Shown: positions 8,994 to 19,711, counted from the stretch's first letter. The stretch is 64,000 bases of DNA from Candidatus Moranbacteria bacterium GW2011_GWE2_35_2- (GCA_000990585.1 LBQD01000003.1:15504-79503), one strand, 5' to 3'. Program-made: numbers and translations. The notes: generated by a model from the letters alone, not told the origin.

Positions 8994-9563
8994 ATGAACA
9001 AAAAAGTGATTATTATTATCGCAGTTGCCGTTTTGATTTTGGGAGCGCTGGGAATTTGGAAGTTTTGGGGAGGGAAAGGCGATTCTTCGGAAGAAAATAC
9101 CAAACAAGTTTATCAAGCGATGGTGGCTGTTCGCGACCAGAAAAATTCCGATCCGGTGGAAGACGCACGCAATTCTCTTAAAGCTGGAGATGTGATTTTG
9201 GTCAAAAGCGGAGAAAACAATCCGTGGTCGGATACGGAAAAAGCGAGCAATTTGATCTTGAAAATGGAATTGAACGAGGAGCAGGCGCAGAAACTTGTCG
9301 AGTCGGTGACGGAAAAATTGGGAAAGGATGAAAAAAAGAGCCAATTGGCGGAATATGAAAAATCAATAAAAGAAAATAGCGGACAACTTGACGAAGAAGA
9401 AATGAAAAGATATGAAGAAGAATTGGACGGCCAGGAAAACGTCGTTGTTCTTCGAAAATACCGCATCGATTTCGACGAAATTGATTTTGTGCCGGAAAAA
9501 TGGAGCGGCACTCAGCTTTTTGATGGAAAAATTTTCAACTGGTCGATTGTGGAGAAAAAATAA
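8994..9563 (+). CDS. Hypothetical membrane-anchored protein with an acidic coiled-coil region
   Basis: N-terminal transmembrane segment IIIIAVAVLILGALGIW. No recognisable domain. Confidence 0.5.
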   Translation: MNKKVIIIIAVAVLILGALGIWKFWGGKGDSSEENTKQVYQAMVAVRDQKNSDPVEDARNSLKAGDVILVKSGENNPWSDTEKASNLILKMELNEEQAQKLVESVTEKLGKDEKKSQLAEYEKSIKENSGQLDEEEMKRYEEELDGQENVVVLRKYRIDFDEIDFVPEKWSGTQLFDGKIFNWSIVEKK

Positions 9564-9665
9564 CCAAGAGACTTTTCAGATAGATTTCAGTCCGGCGTTT
9601 GCGTAAAATCCTCTTTTTTAATATAATAGAGCTATTGAAACATTAAACAAGGAATTAATAAAAAT

Positions 9666-12263
9666 ATGGAAATAAAGGTAAATACGGGCTCCGGAATAAA
9701 AAAAAACGATGAATATTTGGAAAGAACCAGAATTGAAAAATTTGCTCCTTCTGCGGAAAGCAAAACGGAACGGGTTTTTGCTTCAAAAATCGAACCTAAG
9801 CGAAATGCTTTTGTTTCGGAAATAAAAAAGGAAGTTAGCGGAAAAGAAAAGAAAGGCTTCCTTCATTTTTTTGGCAACATATCCGACAAAATTATCGGAC
9901 TGAGTATTTTTATGATTTTTTTCGGAGTGCCATTATTTTTTACCGGAATTACTTTTCAGGGAATATCATTTGAAAAACAAATTTATTTTTATCTTTGGTT
10001 GTTGGTTGGATTGGTGGCATGGTTGGCAAAAAGCATTAAAACCGGTGAGATGAGAATTCGCAAAACTCCATTGGATATTCCTATTTTTTTGTTTTGGGGT
10101 GCCTATCTCGCTTCGCTGGCTTTTTCCGTCGACCACTGGCACAGCTTTTTTGGATTTTTCGGAGATCCGTCAAGAGGATTTTTGAATGTGACGGCTTTTG
10201 TGGTGGCGTATTATTTCTTTTTCTCCCATATTGAAAAAGAAAGAATAAAATTGGCATTGGGGGCGATTGTTGCGAGCGGAACACTGGTGTCGGCTTGGAC
10301 GATTGTTCGCTTGTTGAATCTGCAAATTATCCCACAAGTTGTTTTAGAAAATTCTCCCGCAAGTTTGTTGGGATCTTTTTCGGGACTGAATATTTTTTTG
10401 GGAGTTTTTGTTCTTTTGTCCGTTGGCGCTATTTTGAAAATTGTTTCTTTGGAAAAATTGTCTAGCACAAAGAAAATAGTAACAATAATTTTTCTTTTTA
10501 TAGCTCTTTTTTTCGGTGCGGCAGCTTTTGTTTTAGTGCAAAGTTTTGCTTTTTGGCCGGCAATCTTGATTGGGAGTGGAATTTTTTCTTTATATGCTTT
10601 TTCTCGGGTAATAAAAATGCCTTTTCATTGGATTTGGCTTCCAATGGCGGTTTTCGTTTTTTTTATGGCAATTTTTATGGTGGGAGACAGAAATCTGAAT
10701 TTGTCGCGCGTGAGTTTGCCGGCGGAAGTGAGTCTCTCTTACGGATTATCATGGGATATTATCAAGGAAGGGATGAAAGAGAGTGTTATTTCCGGATCGG
10801 GACCGGCGACATATGGATACGCTTTTTCAAAATTCAAACCGCAAGATTTCAATCTAAATCAATTTTACGACTTGCGTTTCTATCAAGGTTCCGGGTTATT
10901 GTTTGAATCGGTTCCGACGATTGGAATTTTGGGAACAGTCTTTTTGTTTTTGTTGGTTTTTTCCTATCTGAGTGTTTCTGTCTATTTGATTTCACGGGAA
11001 AAGGATAAGGAAAAAACATTATCTTTATCGTTTTTTTCCGCTTCCGTTATTTTGATTTTGGGAATATTTATTTCTAAGGCTTCCGGTCCGATTGTTTTAC
11101 TTGGATTTTTAGTATCGGCAATGGCATTACTTTCAATTATTTTGGAAAGTGAGGCGCAGGCTAATTATTTTGATTTGTCGCTCAAAGCTTCTCCGAAATA
11201 TGCACTTTCTTTGGCTTTTGTTTTTGTAGTGCTCAGCAGTGCAATTGTTTTTTCTTTTGTTTTTTTGGGCAAAGTGTTTGCCAGTGACGCATTGGCAGGG
11301 ATAGCAATTAAGGAAAGCCGTGAGGATAGGGAAAAAGCGGTGGAGAAAATGCAACGAGCAATTGCGCTTAATCCGAAAGAGGGAAGATATTATACTCGTT
11401 TAGGACAGGAATATTTGATTTTAACCAATGAGCAAGCAATCGGAAAAGATGCGAAAAATAATACAGAGAAGATCAAAAAATATTTAAGTAATTCCATTCT
11501 TCTTTTGAACAAAGGAAAGGAATTGATGAATAATGATTTGAACGCAGTCGAAGGTTTGGCGCAGGCGTATGAAAATGCAGGACTCTATGTTTTTGAATCG
11601 AACAAAAAAGCATTGGAAAATTATGAAAGAGCTGCCGAGCTTGATCCGAATAATCCGAATTTACAGGTCAAGATTGGAAAGGTGCGGATGACTCTTTCCG
11701 GCGCTATGGAAGATAATGATGAGAAAAAGGCGTATATGGAAGATACTAAAAAAGTCTTGGAAAAATCCGTAGAACTGAAAAAGAACTTTGCTGACGGATA
11801 TTATAATTTGGCATTGGCTCAGGAGCAGATGGGATCGCTAGATTCTTCGGTTGCAAATATGGAAAAAGCTGCGACGCTCAGTCCTTCTAATGTGAATGTG
11901 TTTTTCAATTTGGGAAGATTATATCAAAAGCGTTCCGGCGAAGAAGATTTGAAAAAAGCGGAAGCTATTTTCAAAAAGATATTGGAAATAAACAAGGATG
12001 ATGTTAATACCAATTTTAGTCTCGGGCTTTTGTTCGAAAAAACCAACCGCAAAAATGAAGCGATTGAGCAATATCGAAAAGTCATTGCCCTAATTGAAAG
12101 CGGACAGCAAAATGAAATTGCGAAGAAAAATATTGAGCAAATAAACGCAATGATTTCAAATATTCAAAAAGGACAAAACAACAATGTTCAGCAAGTAGAG
12201 GAAAATGTTCTAGAAAATCAAGAACAAAAAATTCCAGAAGTTGAGGTTATCGAAGGGGAATAG
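9666..12263 (+). CDS. Polytopic membrane protein with an O-antigen ligase/polymerase-like (Wzy_C) core and a C-terminal TPR repeat domain
   Basis: About 12 transmembrane segments are followed by TPR-like repeats (ALNPKEGRYYTRLGQEYL, AAELDPNNPNLQVKIGKV, ATLSPSNVNVFFNLGRLYQK). This architecture is common in CPR genomes. Confidence 0.6.
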   Translation: MEIKVNTGSGIKKNDEYLERTRIEKFAPSAESKTERVFASKIEPKRNAFVSEIKKEVSGKEKKGFLHFFGNISDKIIGLSIFMIFFGVPLFFTGITFQGISFEKQIYFYLWLLVGLVAWLAKSIKTGEMRIRKTPLDIPIFLFWGAYLASLAFSVDHWHSFFGFFGDPSRGFLNVTAFVVAYYFFFSHIEKERIKLALGAIVASGTLVSAWTIVRLLNLQIIPQVVLENSPASLLGSFSGLNIFLGVFVLLSVGAILKIVSLEKLSSTKKIVTIIFLFIALFFGAAAFVLVQSFAFWPAILIGSGIFSLYAFSRVIKMPFHWIWLPMAVFVFFMAIFMVGDRNLNLSRVSLPAEVSLSYGLSWDIIKEGMKESVISGSGPATYGYAFSKFKPQDFNLNQFYDLRFYQGSGLLFESVPTIGILGTVFLFLLVFSYLSVSVYLISREKDKEKTLSLSFFSASVILILGIFISKASGPIVLLGFLVSAMALLSIILESEAQANYFDLSLKASPKYALSLAFVFVVLSSAIVFSFVFLGKVFASDALAGIAIKESREDREKAVEKMQRAIALNPKEGRYYTRLGQEYLILTNEQAIGKDAKNNTEKIKKYLSNSILLLNKGKELMNNDLNAVEGLAQAYENAGLYVFESNKKALENYERAAELDPNNPNLQVKIGKVRMTLSGAMEDNDEKKAYMEDTKKVLEKSVELKKNFADGYYNLALAQEQMGSLDSSVANMEKAATLSPSNVNVFFNLGRLYQKRSGEEDLKKAEAIFKKILEINKDDVNTNFSLGLLFEKTNRKNEAIEQYRKVIALIESGQQNEIAKKNIEQINAMISNIQKGQNNNVQQVEENVLENQEQKIPEVEVIEGE

Positions 12264-12330
12264 AGCTAGGAATTAAGAATCAGGAATCAGGAATCAGGAA
12301 TTAAGAATTAGGAATTATTGATTAATAATT
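12264..12330. repeat. Seven tandem copies of the heptamer (T/C)A(G/A)GAAT followed by a 10-bp perfect inverted repeat and a T-run
   Basis: ctaggaat taagaat caggaat caggaat caggaat taagaat taggaat, then AGGAATTATTgatTAATAATTCCTaatttttta. This is a terminator-like hairpin between the convergent genes. Confidence 0.7.
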
Positions 12331-12331
12331 C

Positions 12332-14521
12332 CTAATTTTTTATCTTATCCGGACGGTGATTGGGGCAGTTTTTGTCAGAGCATCTTTCAGGGATGGTTTT
12401 TGTTCCTTCCATCATCAGCTTTCCGCAAAGCGGACATTTTTTTCCAGTTGGCTTGGCCTTGATAGCATAGCGGCAAGTTGGATAATTTGAACAAGCATAA
12501 AATATTCCAAAACGCCCTTTTCTTTCCATCATTTCTCCTTTTTGACACTCGGGACATTTGACTCCGGTTTTTCTTTTGGCAGCTTCTTCGGGATCTTCTT
12601 GAATAAATTTACATTTGGGAAAATTTGAGCAAGAAATGAATTTTCCGAATCTTCCTTCGCGAGTAACCAAAGCGCCTCCGCACTGAGGACATGTTTGTCC
12701 GGTTTTTTTCGGTCCTTCCATTTCTTTTCCTTCTTCGGTTCGGGCTCCTGCGCATTCGGGAAATTTCGAGCAACTCATAAATTTTCCATTTTTGCCAAGC
12801 TTCCAAACCATTGGAGCGTCACAAACAGGACATTTGAATTTTTCATCAACCTTTCCAAGGTCGGTGATTTTTTTGGTGTCTTTTTTGGATTTAATTTCCT
12901 TGGTAAAGGGAGTGTAAAAATCTTTGAGAATTTTTTCATATTCCGCTTTGCCTTCAGCAATGGAATCCAAATTATTTTCCATTTCAGCAGTAAAAGAATC
13001 GCTAATGTATTTTTCAAATTCTTTTTCCAAAAACGAACTTACTACATCTCCGGTGTCGGTGGGGTGGAGGGTTTTGTTGATTTTTTCCACATATCCGCGA
13101 TCTTGGATGGTTTTGATAATAGTGGCGTAGGTCGAGGGTCTTCCGATTCCTCTTTTTTCCAATTCTTTGACCAATCCGGCTTCGCTGTAGCGAGATAGCG
13201 GTTGTGTTTCTTTTTCAATACTGTCTATTGAAATAAATTTCAGTAAATCTCCGACGGAAATTTTCGGAAGCTGGACATCTTCGCTTTTGGCGGCGCTGTC
13301 GACAAGGAGCCAGCCGTCAAAAAGCGTGCGTGATCCGTTAATGACAAAATCCGGAATATTCTTGGAAATTATACTGGCTGAAATTCGCGTACGTAAAACT
13401 TTGGCATCAACCATTTGGGAAGAAACTGTTCTTTGCCAAATCAACCGGTAGAGTTTTTTTTGATCAGGGGTATCTCCGGCGTTTTGGTTGGTGCAGTCAG
13501 TCGGGCGAATCGCTTCGTGCGCTTCTTGGGCATTTTTGCTTTTGCGGGAATATTTTCTGAATCGATACAGATCCTTAGAGAAATTTTTCTCAATAGTTTT
13601 GGCGATTTGATTTTGCGCTTGTGAGCTCAATGTTGTGCTGTCGGTTCTCATATAGGTAATAGATCCCGCTTCATAGAGCTGTTGAGCGATGCGCATTGTT
13701 TGTGATGGGGAGAGTCCTAAGCGTGAGCTGGCGGTTTGTTGCAGAGTGGAGGTAATAAAAGGCGCGCGCGGTGAGCGTTTTATTTCAGTTTCTTTGACAT
13801 CAAAAACTTGCCAAGCTTCTTTTTTTCCGGCGGAGATTATACGATCAACTTCTTTTTTGTCACGCGGTTCTTTTGAGCAAGTGAAAGTTAGCTCATTTTC
13901 ATTTTTTGTCTTTAGATTGGCGGAAATAGTCCAAAACTTTTCCGGAGTAAAAGCGCGAATTTCTCGTTCGCGTTCCATAATAATTCGCAAAGCCGGAGAT
14001 TGAACGCGTCCGGCAGATAAGCCGTATCGAACTTTTTTCCAAATGAGTCCCGAAAGGTCATATCCGAAAAGTCGATCCAATACTCGGCGCGCTTCTTGAG
14101 CGCGAACCAATTTCTTGTCTATATCGCGCGGATGTTTTATTGCTTCTTGTACCGCTTCTTTGGTAATTTCATGGAAAATAACTCTCTTTAATTTTGTATT
14201 TTGAGATTTAGATTTTGAATTATTAAGCTGAATGGCTTGAGCTATGTGCCACGCAATCGCTTCTCCTTCACGGTCGGGGTCGGTTGCCAGTAGAATTTCT
14301 TCCGATTTTTCCGCAAGGGTTTTTATTTCCGTTACGATTTTTTCTTTGCCGGGAGAAATTTCATAATGCGGAATAAATCCATTGGGAATATTAATCGCAT
14401 CTTTGTTGCTTTTTGGAAGGTCGCGAACATGTCCTACTGAAGCGCGAACAGTATATTTTCCATCCAAATATTTTGTGATGGTTTTTGCTTTTGAAGGCGA
14501 CTCGACTATTAGTAGTTTCAT
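12332..14521 (-). CDS. topA: DNA topoisomerase I with C-terminal C4 zinc-ribbon repeats
   Basis: MKLLIVESPSKAKTITKYLDGKYTVRASVGHVRDLPKS (Toprim). The C-terminus has four CxxC...CxxC zinc ribbons (CPVCDAPM...CSKFPEC, CPQCGG..., CPECQKG..., CPLCGK...). Confidence 0.95.
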   Translation of the reverse strand: MKLLIVESPSKAKTITKYLDGKYTVRASVGHVRDLPKSNKDAINIPNGFIPHYEISPGKEKIVTEIKTLAEKSEEILLATDPDREGEAIAWHIAQAIQLNNSKSKSQNTKLKRVIFHEITKEAVQEAIKHPRDIDKKLVRAQEARRVLDRLFGYDLSGLIWKKVRYGLSAGRVQSPALRIIMEREREIRAFTPEKFWTISANLKTKNENELTFTCSKEPRDKKEVDRIISAGKKEAWQVFDVKETEIKRSPRAPFITSTLQQTASSRLGLSPSQTMRIAQQLYEAGSITYMRTDSTTLSSQAQNQIAKTIEKNFSKDLYRFRKYSRKSKNAQEAHEAIRPTDCTNQNAGDTPDQKKLYRLIWQRTVSSQMVDAKVLRTRISASIISKNIPDFVINGSRTLFDGWLLVDSAAKSEDVQLPKISVGDLLKFISIDSIEKETQPLSRYSEAGLVKELEKRGIGRPSTYATIIKTIQDRGYVEKINKTLHPTDTGDVVSSFLEKEFEKYISDSFTAEMENNLDSIAEGKAEYEKILKDFYTPFTKEIKSKKDTKKITDLGKVDEKFKCPVCDAPMVWKLGKNGKFMSCSKFPECAGARTEEGKEMEGPKKTGQTCPQCGGALVTREGRFGKFISCSNFPKCKFIQEDPEEAAKRKTGVKCPECQKGEMMERKGRFGIFYACSNYPTCRYAIKAKPTGKKCPLCGKLMMEGTKTIPERCSDKNCPNHRPDKIKN

Positions 14522-14626
14522 TGGAATTTTTAATTTTGCAATTTTTAGTTTTTAAATAAATCTTAATTTTTAATGTTTTAAAATTTTTGCATTAAAAATT
14601 ATTTATAAAATTAAAAAATTAAAAAT

Positions 14627-15706
14627 TTACATTAAGATATAATTTTGTCCTCCGATATTTTTTACCATACCCTTTATTTCCATTATTGACAAGGTGGAGA
14701 TGGCGGAGCCGGTTTTCATTCGGGATAATTTTATTATCTTATCAATGTGTAATGTTTCCTTGGAAAGTATTTCAAGGATTATTTTTTCCTCTGGAGAGGA
14801 TGGAATTATTTTTCTTACTTCTTGTGCGGCGAGACGTTTTTCTAAGTTTAATTCTTCTAAAATATCCCGAGCGGAAGATACTGGTTTGGCACCCGCTTTA
14901 ATCAGATTGTTAGCGCCGGTGGAAGTAGGCGAAAAAATTGGTCCGGGTACGGCAAAAACTTCGCGATTAAATTCCAGCGCCAAGTTGGCGGTAATTAGCG
15001 TCCCACTTTTTTCCGCCGCTTCGATAACAAGCGTTCCAATTGTCATTCCTGCCATAATTCGATTGCGTGCCGGAAAAGTTCCGATGCCGGCGGAAATACC
15101 CAATGGGTAGTCGCTTACTAGGGCACCTTGTTCAAGTATTCGTCGGGAAAGAGTGAAATTGGCAGTTGGTCCAATATTTTTATCATCTAATCCGCTACCT
15201 AAAATGGCAATGGTTTTTTCTCCGGCGGAAAGACAAGCATGGTGGGCGATTGCATCAACTCCCAGTGCCATTCCGCTCACAATCATAATTCCTGCTTGTG
15301 CCAGATCGCGAGCAAGCGACATCGCAACTTGCTGTCCATAAGGGGTTATTTTTCGCGAACCGACAATTGCCAGCATTGGTTTTTCGTTAAAGGAAAATTT
15401 TTTTCCTTTAACATAAAGTAGTTGCGGGGGATTGTGGATTTCTTTGAGAAGCTCAGGATAATCCGGATTGGAAATATCAAGGATGCGGATGTTTTCCTTT
15501 TTCAATTTTTCAAATTCCACATCCGGATCAATTTCTTTTCTTTTTGTCTCAATAATTGCTGATAATTTTTCCCCGATTCCGCTTTGGCTCAAATCGGAAA
15601 AAGAAGCTTTCCAAATATTTTCACCACTGCTAAAACAGTCGAGTAAAATTTTTATTTTCGCTGATCCGACTCCGTCGATTAAATTAAGAGCGTTGAGGTA
15701 TTTCAT
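14627..15706 (-). CDS. dprA: DNA processing protein DprA (Smf)
   Basis: Rossmann-like core IVSGMALGVDAIAHHACL...AILGSGLD and a C-terminal winged helix. Length and order fit the DprA family. Confidence 0.85.
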   Translation of the reverse strand: MKYLNALNLIDGVGSAKIKILLDCFSSGENIWKASFSDLSQSGIGEKLSAIIETKRKEIDPDVEFEKLKKENIRILDISNPDYPELLKEIHNPPQLLYVKGKKFSFNEKPMLAIVGSRKITPYGQQVAMSLARDLAQAGIMIVSGMALGVDAIAHHACLSAGEKTIAILGSGLDDKNIGPTANFTLSRRILEQGALVSDYPLGISAGIGTFPARNRIMAGMTIGTLVIEAAEKSGTLITANLALEFNREVFAVPGPIFSPTSTGANNLIKAGAKPVSSARDILEELNLEKRLAAQEVRKIIPSSPEEKIILEILSKETLHIDKIIKLSRMKTGSAISTLSIMEIKGMVKNIGGQNYILM

Positions 15707-15820
15707 TATTGAATTATAGCATATTCAAAAAATATTAAATTAGTGGTATAATTCGTTCAGGGTCAATATTTGTATGTTAGTAAATAAATTTAGTAATTTT
15801 TTCCAAAGGCGGATTAGCTT

Positions 15821-16903
15821 TTGGCTGAAGTAAAAAAACCTATGCAAATAAAAAATTTCAATGTATATTTTTTCATTTTGGCGCTGATTATTGCTTCGGT
15901 GATGGCTTTCTTTTTGATCAAGCCGTTTTTTACTGCGATTTTGGCAGCAGGGATTCTGGCGGTAGCATTTCATCATCAATATAAATTCTTTCTGAAAAAT
16001 ACCGGACAGAAAAAAAGTTTGAGCGCGATTGCTACTATCTTGTTGGTTCTTGTAATTATTATCGTTCCTTTGATTTCCGTGTTGGGGCTTTTGGCTAATG
16101 AGGCAAGCAACGCTTATCAGAGAATTTTATCCGATCGAGATTTTTATCAACGGCAAGTGGAGGGATCAATTGATTTATTAAGTCAAATTCCATTTTTCAA
16201 TCTTTTGGATCTAGATAGATTATTCGATCAAGATCAGCTTTCACAGTCTTTGAGAGATTTAAGTCAGGGTCTTTTAGGATTGATTCAGTCGGCGTATCAA
16301 AATGTTATTAAGTTTATCTTGCTTACTTTTGTAATGTTTTTCACTATGTATTATTTGCTCACGGAAGGAGAAAAATTGATTGATAAAGTGAAATACATCA
16401 GTCCGATTAGCGACAAATATGAGAATGTTTTGGTGGACAGATTTGTTTCAATGACAAGGGCGACGATTAAGGGAACAATTATTGTCGGATTGGTTCAAGG
16501 AATTTTGAGTGGACTTACTTTTGCTGTTGCTGGAATTTCTTCTCCTTTGATTTGGGGATTGGTACTCACGATTATTTCTATAATTCCGGCAATTGGTCCG
16601 GCGATTATAATGGTGCCGGCGGGAATAATTCTGCTTTTTTCCGGACAAATTTGGCAAGGAGTTTTTGTTTTGATTATGGCACTTGGGATTGTTTCAACAA
16701 TTGATAATATTTTACGACCTAAACTGGTTGGACGCGACACGCAAATGCATCCGCTACTAGTTTTCTTTGCAACTTTAGGAGGGATAATCGTTTTTGGACT
16801 GGTTGGGTTTATTATCGGTCCGATTGTAATGGCAATGTTTCTTGCTCTTTGGGAAATATATGCAAAAGAATTCAAAAAACAATTAAATGCTTTTAATAAG
16901 TAG
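15821..16903 (+). CDS. AI-2E family (PerM/UPF0118) transporter
   Basis: Eight-transmembrane topology with the characteristic AI-2E layout. The ORF track uses a TTG start at 15821; an ATG alternative is at 15842. Confidence 0.75.
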   Translation: MAEVKKPMQIKNFNVYFFILALIIASVMAFFLIKPFFTAILAAGILAVAFHHQYKFFLKNTGQKKSLSAIATILLVLVIIIVPLISVLGLLANEASNAYQRILSDRDFYQRQVEGSIDLLSQIPFFNLLDLDRLFDQDQLSQSLRDLSQGLLGLIQSAYQNVIKFILLTFVMFFTMYYLLTEGEKLIDKVKYISPISDKYENVLVDRFVSMTRATIKGTIIVGLVQGILSGLTFAVAGISSPLIWGLVLTIISIIPAIGPAIIMVPAGIILLFSGQIWQGVFVLIMALGIVSTIDNILRPKLVGRDTQMHPLLVFFATLGGIIVFGLVGFIIGPIVMAMFLALWEIYAKEFKKQLNAFNK

Positions 16904-16905
16904 AA

Positions 16906-18809
16906 ATGAATATAATAATTTTACTAAAACATAAGCTAAGTATATTTTTAGTTAGTTGTATATTTATTTATTTGGGATCGGTAGGTGTGTCGGCTGCCAG
17001 TTTTCCTGTTCTATTATTTTCCGATCTCACCGACGCTCCTGTTTCCGGCTGGGAAGGTTCGCCAACCAAAGGAGCAGCCATATCCATTTGGGGAAGAAAT
17101 CTTGGAACAGAAAGAGGTTCTTCCTATGTAACCATAGGAGGAGTCAATCTTACCAATGACAGTGATTATGCCGAATGGGGAGCGACAACTAACCCAACAA
17201 CTGCCAGCGGACAACAAAGAATAACTTTCTGGCTCAATTCTTCACTTTTTACACAAGAAATACTGGAAATATTTATTTTGTCAGTACGACAGGGAATGAT
17301 TCAAATGACGGGCTTAGTGTGGCGAGTGCTTGGACCACTTTTGGAAAGGCTCGTGAAACTGTTGTTGCAGGAGATGTTGTGTATTTTAAATCTGGAATAT
17401 GGACAGCTTATGATCATGGTTCAACGTGGGCCAATGCTGTGCTCTATTTTAGGACAACTTCCGGTGTTTCTAATCATAACAACGGGACATTAAATAATAG
17501 TATTGCTTTTTCTTCGTATCCCGGAGAGGTTGCGCAAATGTGTAATGGAAATAATGCCGATGGCGGAAATGCAACCAGTGGTTTTTATCGACATGGTGAT
17601 AGCGTGCAAGATCGCCTTGAATACTGGACCTTATCGAAGTTTAAAGTTGTAGCGTGGCATTATGGTTTCAAGTGGTCAAATATAGATTTAACCTATGATA
17701 ATAATCTTCGTATAATCGGTTGGGATGCCACAACAACCATTCCAAGAACGGATATAAATACCCCGGAATCTATTGGCGGACAAATAATGTCGCAAAACGG
17801 AGATCAGGATGATATTTATATTCTCGGAAATTATATGCACCATTCCGGATTGTCTTCAGAAGAAGATGAAGATAATTTTGGTTATAAAGTTCAATCAATA
17901 TATATTAGCGGATTTAACGGACAATATTCAAATATACATATAGGACATAATGATTTTGCTCATAACAGCGGAAATTTGCAGGTTTATGCGCACAATTCTT
18001 CTGATATTATTGATGATATTTATATTTATGATAATTGGTTTCATGATGGCGGAACAACGGGAATGGTTTTAAATGGCGGTGATGGATTAACTGAATATTC
18101 TTTTATTACGACGGCTTATGTTTATAATAATATTTTTTCAAATAATCTTAGTTATGCTGCCAAATTAACTGATGGGTCGACAGGAAGCCATGGGGGCACA
18201 TTTTATTTTTATAATAATACATGCTACAACAATAGTGATGCGGAAATTTTTAGTCCCAATCCTGCGGCATTGTATGTTGTAAATAATATCTTTCAAACAT
18301 CGGCGTTGGTTTATTTTTCTTATTCTCCGGGAGATGATTCTGGAAATTTTGGTTCTCATAATCTTTTTTATGGTTCTGTTGGTGCTATTCCAAGCTGGTC
18401 AACTAATAATATTATTATTAACCCTCTTTTCACCTCTCCTTCCACTAATGATTTCACTCTCCAATCAACTTCCCCCGCTATCAATGCAGGCACAACCCTC
18501 GCTTCGGTTCCCAACGACTTTCTCGGAGTCTCCCGTCCCCAAGGGATATCCTATGACATCGGAGCTTTTGAATATGTTAGCGCAGCCGAAGAAACCTGCA
18601 CCGACAACATCCAAAACCAAGACGAAACTGGAATCGATTGCGGAGGAGTATGTGAGGCTTGCGTCGTTCCGATAACTTATGGATTAAGCAACTTCATCTC
18701 CGCCATCACCAACTGGCTCGGAATCGGAAATGAAACTTCCGATGTCAATTCCGACGGAGTTGTGAATACGAGGGATTTGGGGGTGATGATGAGTGGGTGG
18801 TCAAATTAA
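16906..18809 (+). pseudogene. Secreted right-handed beta-helix protein with a Cys-rich motif and a dockerin-like C-terminal tail, interrupted by a -1 frameshift at a T5 tract
   Basis: A signal peptide ORF (16906-) in frame 1 runs into junk after ~17250. Frame 3 opens at 17193 and continues NTGNIYFVSTTGNDSNDGLSVASAWTTFGKARETVVAGDVVYF (a typical beta-helix N-cap) to ...SRPQGISYDIGAFEY...CTDNIQNQDETGIDCGGVCEAC...DVNSDGVVNTRDLGVMMSGWSN. Inserting one T at 17246-17250 restores a single ORF. Confidence 0.75.
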
Positions 18810-18826
18810 GACGGAAAAGGTAAGGT

Positions 18827-19711
18827 ATGAGTTTTTGGCAATTTTATCAAAATCTACCGCAATATATCGATCCGATTGCTTTTTCAATCGGTTTATTTGA
18901 AGTTCGGTGGTACTCTCTTTTATACATACTAGGAATAGCTGTTACTTATTGGGTTTTATTGATATTGATTAGAAGTATGAAAAATAAAATCTTAAAATTT
19001 CCAATTTCCAACTTTCAATTATCAAATGATCAATTTCAAAATTTGTTTTTGTATATTTTAAGCGGTATCTTGTTGGGAGGAAGATTTGGGTATGTTCTTT
19101 TTTATAATTTTTCATATTATTTTCACAATCCGCTGGAAATATTTTTACCTATTAATATTACTGGTTATGGATTGCGGTTTACCGGATTTTTTGGCATGAG
19201 TTATTTCGGGGCTTTGCTGGGTGCGGTATTGGCGGGCTATATTTTTTCAAAAAAATACAAAATTGATTTTTGGAATTTGGCGGATTTTATTTCTGTGGCA
19301 GTTCCAGTCGGATATTTTTTTGGCAGAGTCGGCAATTTTTTAAACGGCGAATTATATGGAAGAATTACGTCAGTTCCCTGGGGGATGTATTTTCCGGCGG
19401 GCGGAAATGTTTTGCGCCATCCATCGCAATTATATGAAGCGTTTTTTGAAGGCGTGGTTTTGTTTTTTATTATTATTTTGTTGCGAAATATGTTCCGCAA
19501 TCAATTACGGAAATATTATTTTTATGGAATATTATTTTTAATCTATATTTTCAGTTATGCTTTTTTTCGTTTCTTTTTGGAATTTTTTCGCAATCCGGAT
19601 GCACAAATCGGATTATTTTTTAACCGAATAAGCTTGGGACAAATATTGGCTTTTGTAGTAATGATACTTGCGCTTGTCATTTGGCAGAAGAAAAAAAACG
19701 TGGTAAGGTAA
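18827..19711 (+). CDS. lgt: Prolipoprotein diacylglyceryl transferase
   Basis: Lgt signature GRVGNFLNGELYGR plus the conserved membrane topology. Confidence 0.9.
   Translation: MSFWQFYQNLPQYIDPIAFSIGLFEVRWYSLLYILGIAVTYWVLLILIRSMKNKILKFPISNFQLSNDQFQNLFLYILSGILLGGRFGYVLFYNFSYYFHNPLEIFLPINITGYGLRFTGFFGMSYFGALLGAVLAGYIFSKKYKIDFWNLADFISVAVPVGYFFGRVGNFLNGELYGRITSVPWGMYFPAGGNVLRHPSQLYEAFFEGVVLFFIIILLRNMFRNQLRKYYFYGILFLIYIFSYAFFRFFLEFFRNPDAQIGLFFNRISLGQILAFVVMILALVIWQKKKNVVR

Noticed and set aside
8762-9344. Minus-strand ORFs 8762-9103 and 8937-9344
   Set aside because: They overlap the GC-palindrome region and the plus-strand gene 8994-9563. The translations are low complexity (GGGVGGGV runs from the G-rich palindromes). 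They are spurious.
16956-17217. Short ORFs 16956-17159 (+) and 17014-17217 (-) near the start of the frameshifted beta-helix gene
   Set aside because: They overlap the signal-peptide/N-terminal coding region in other frames. They are composition artefacts.
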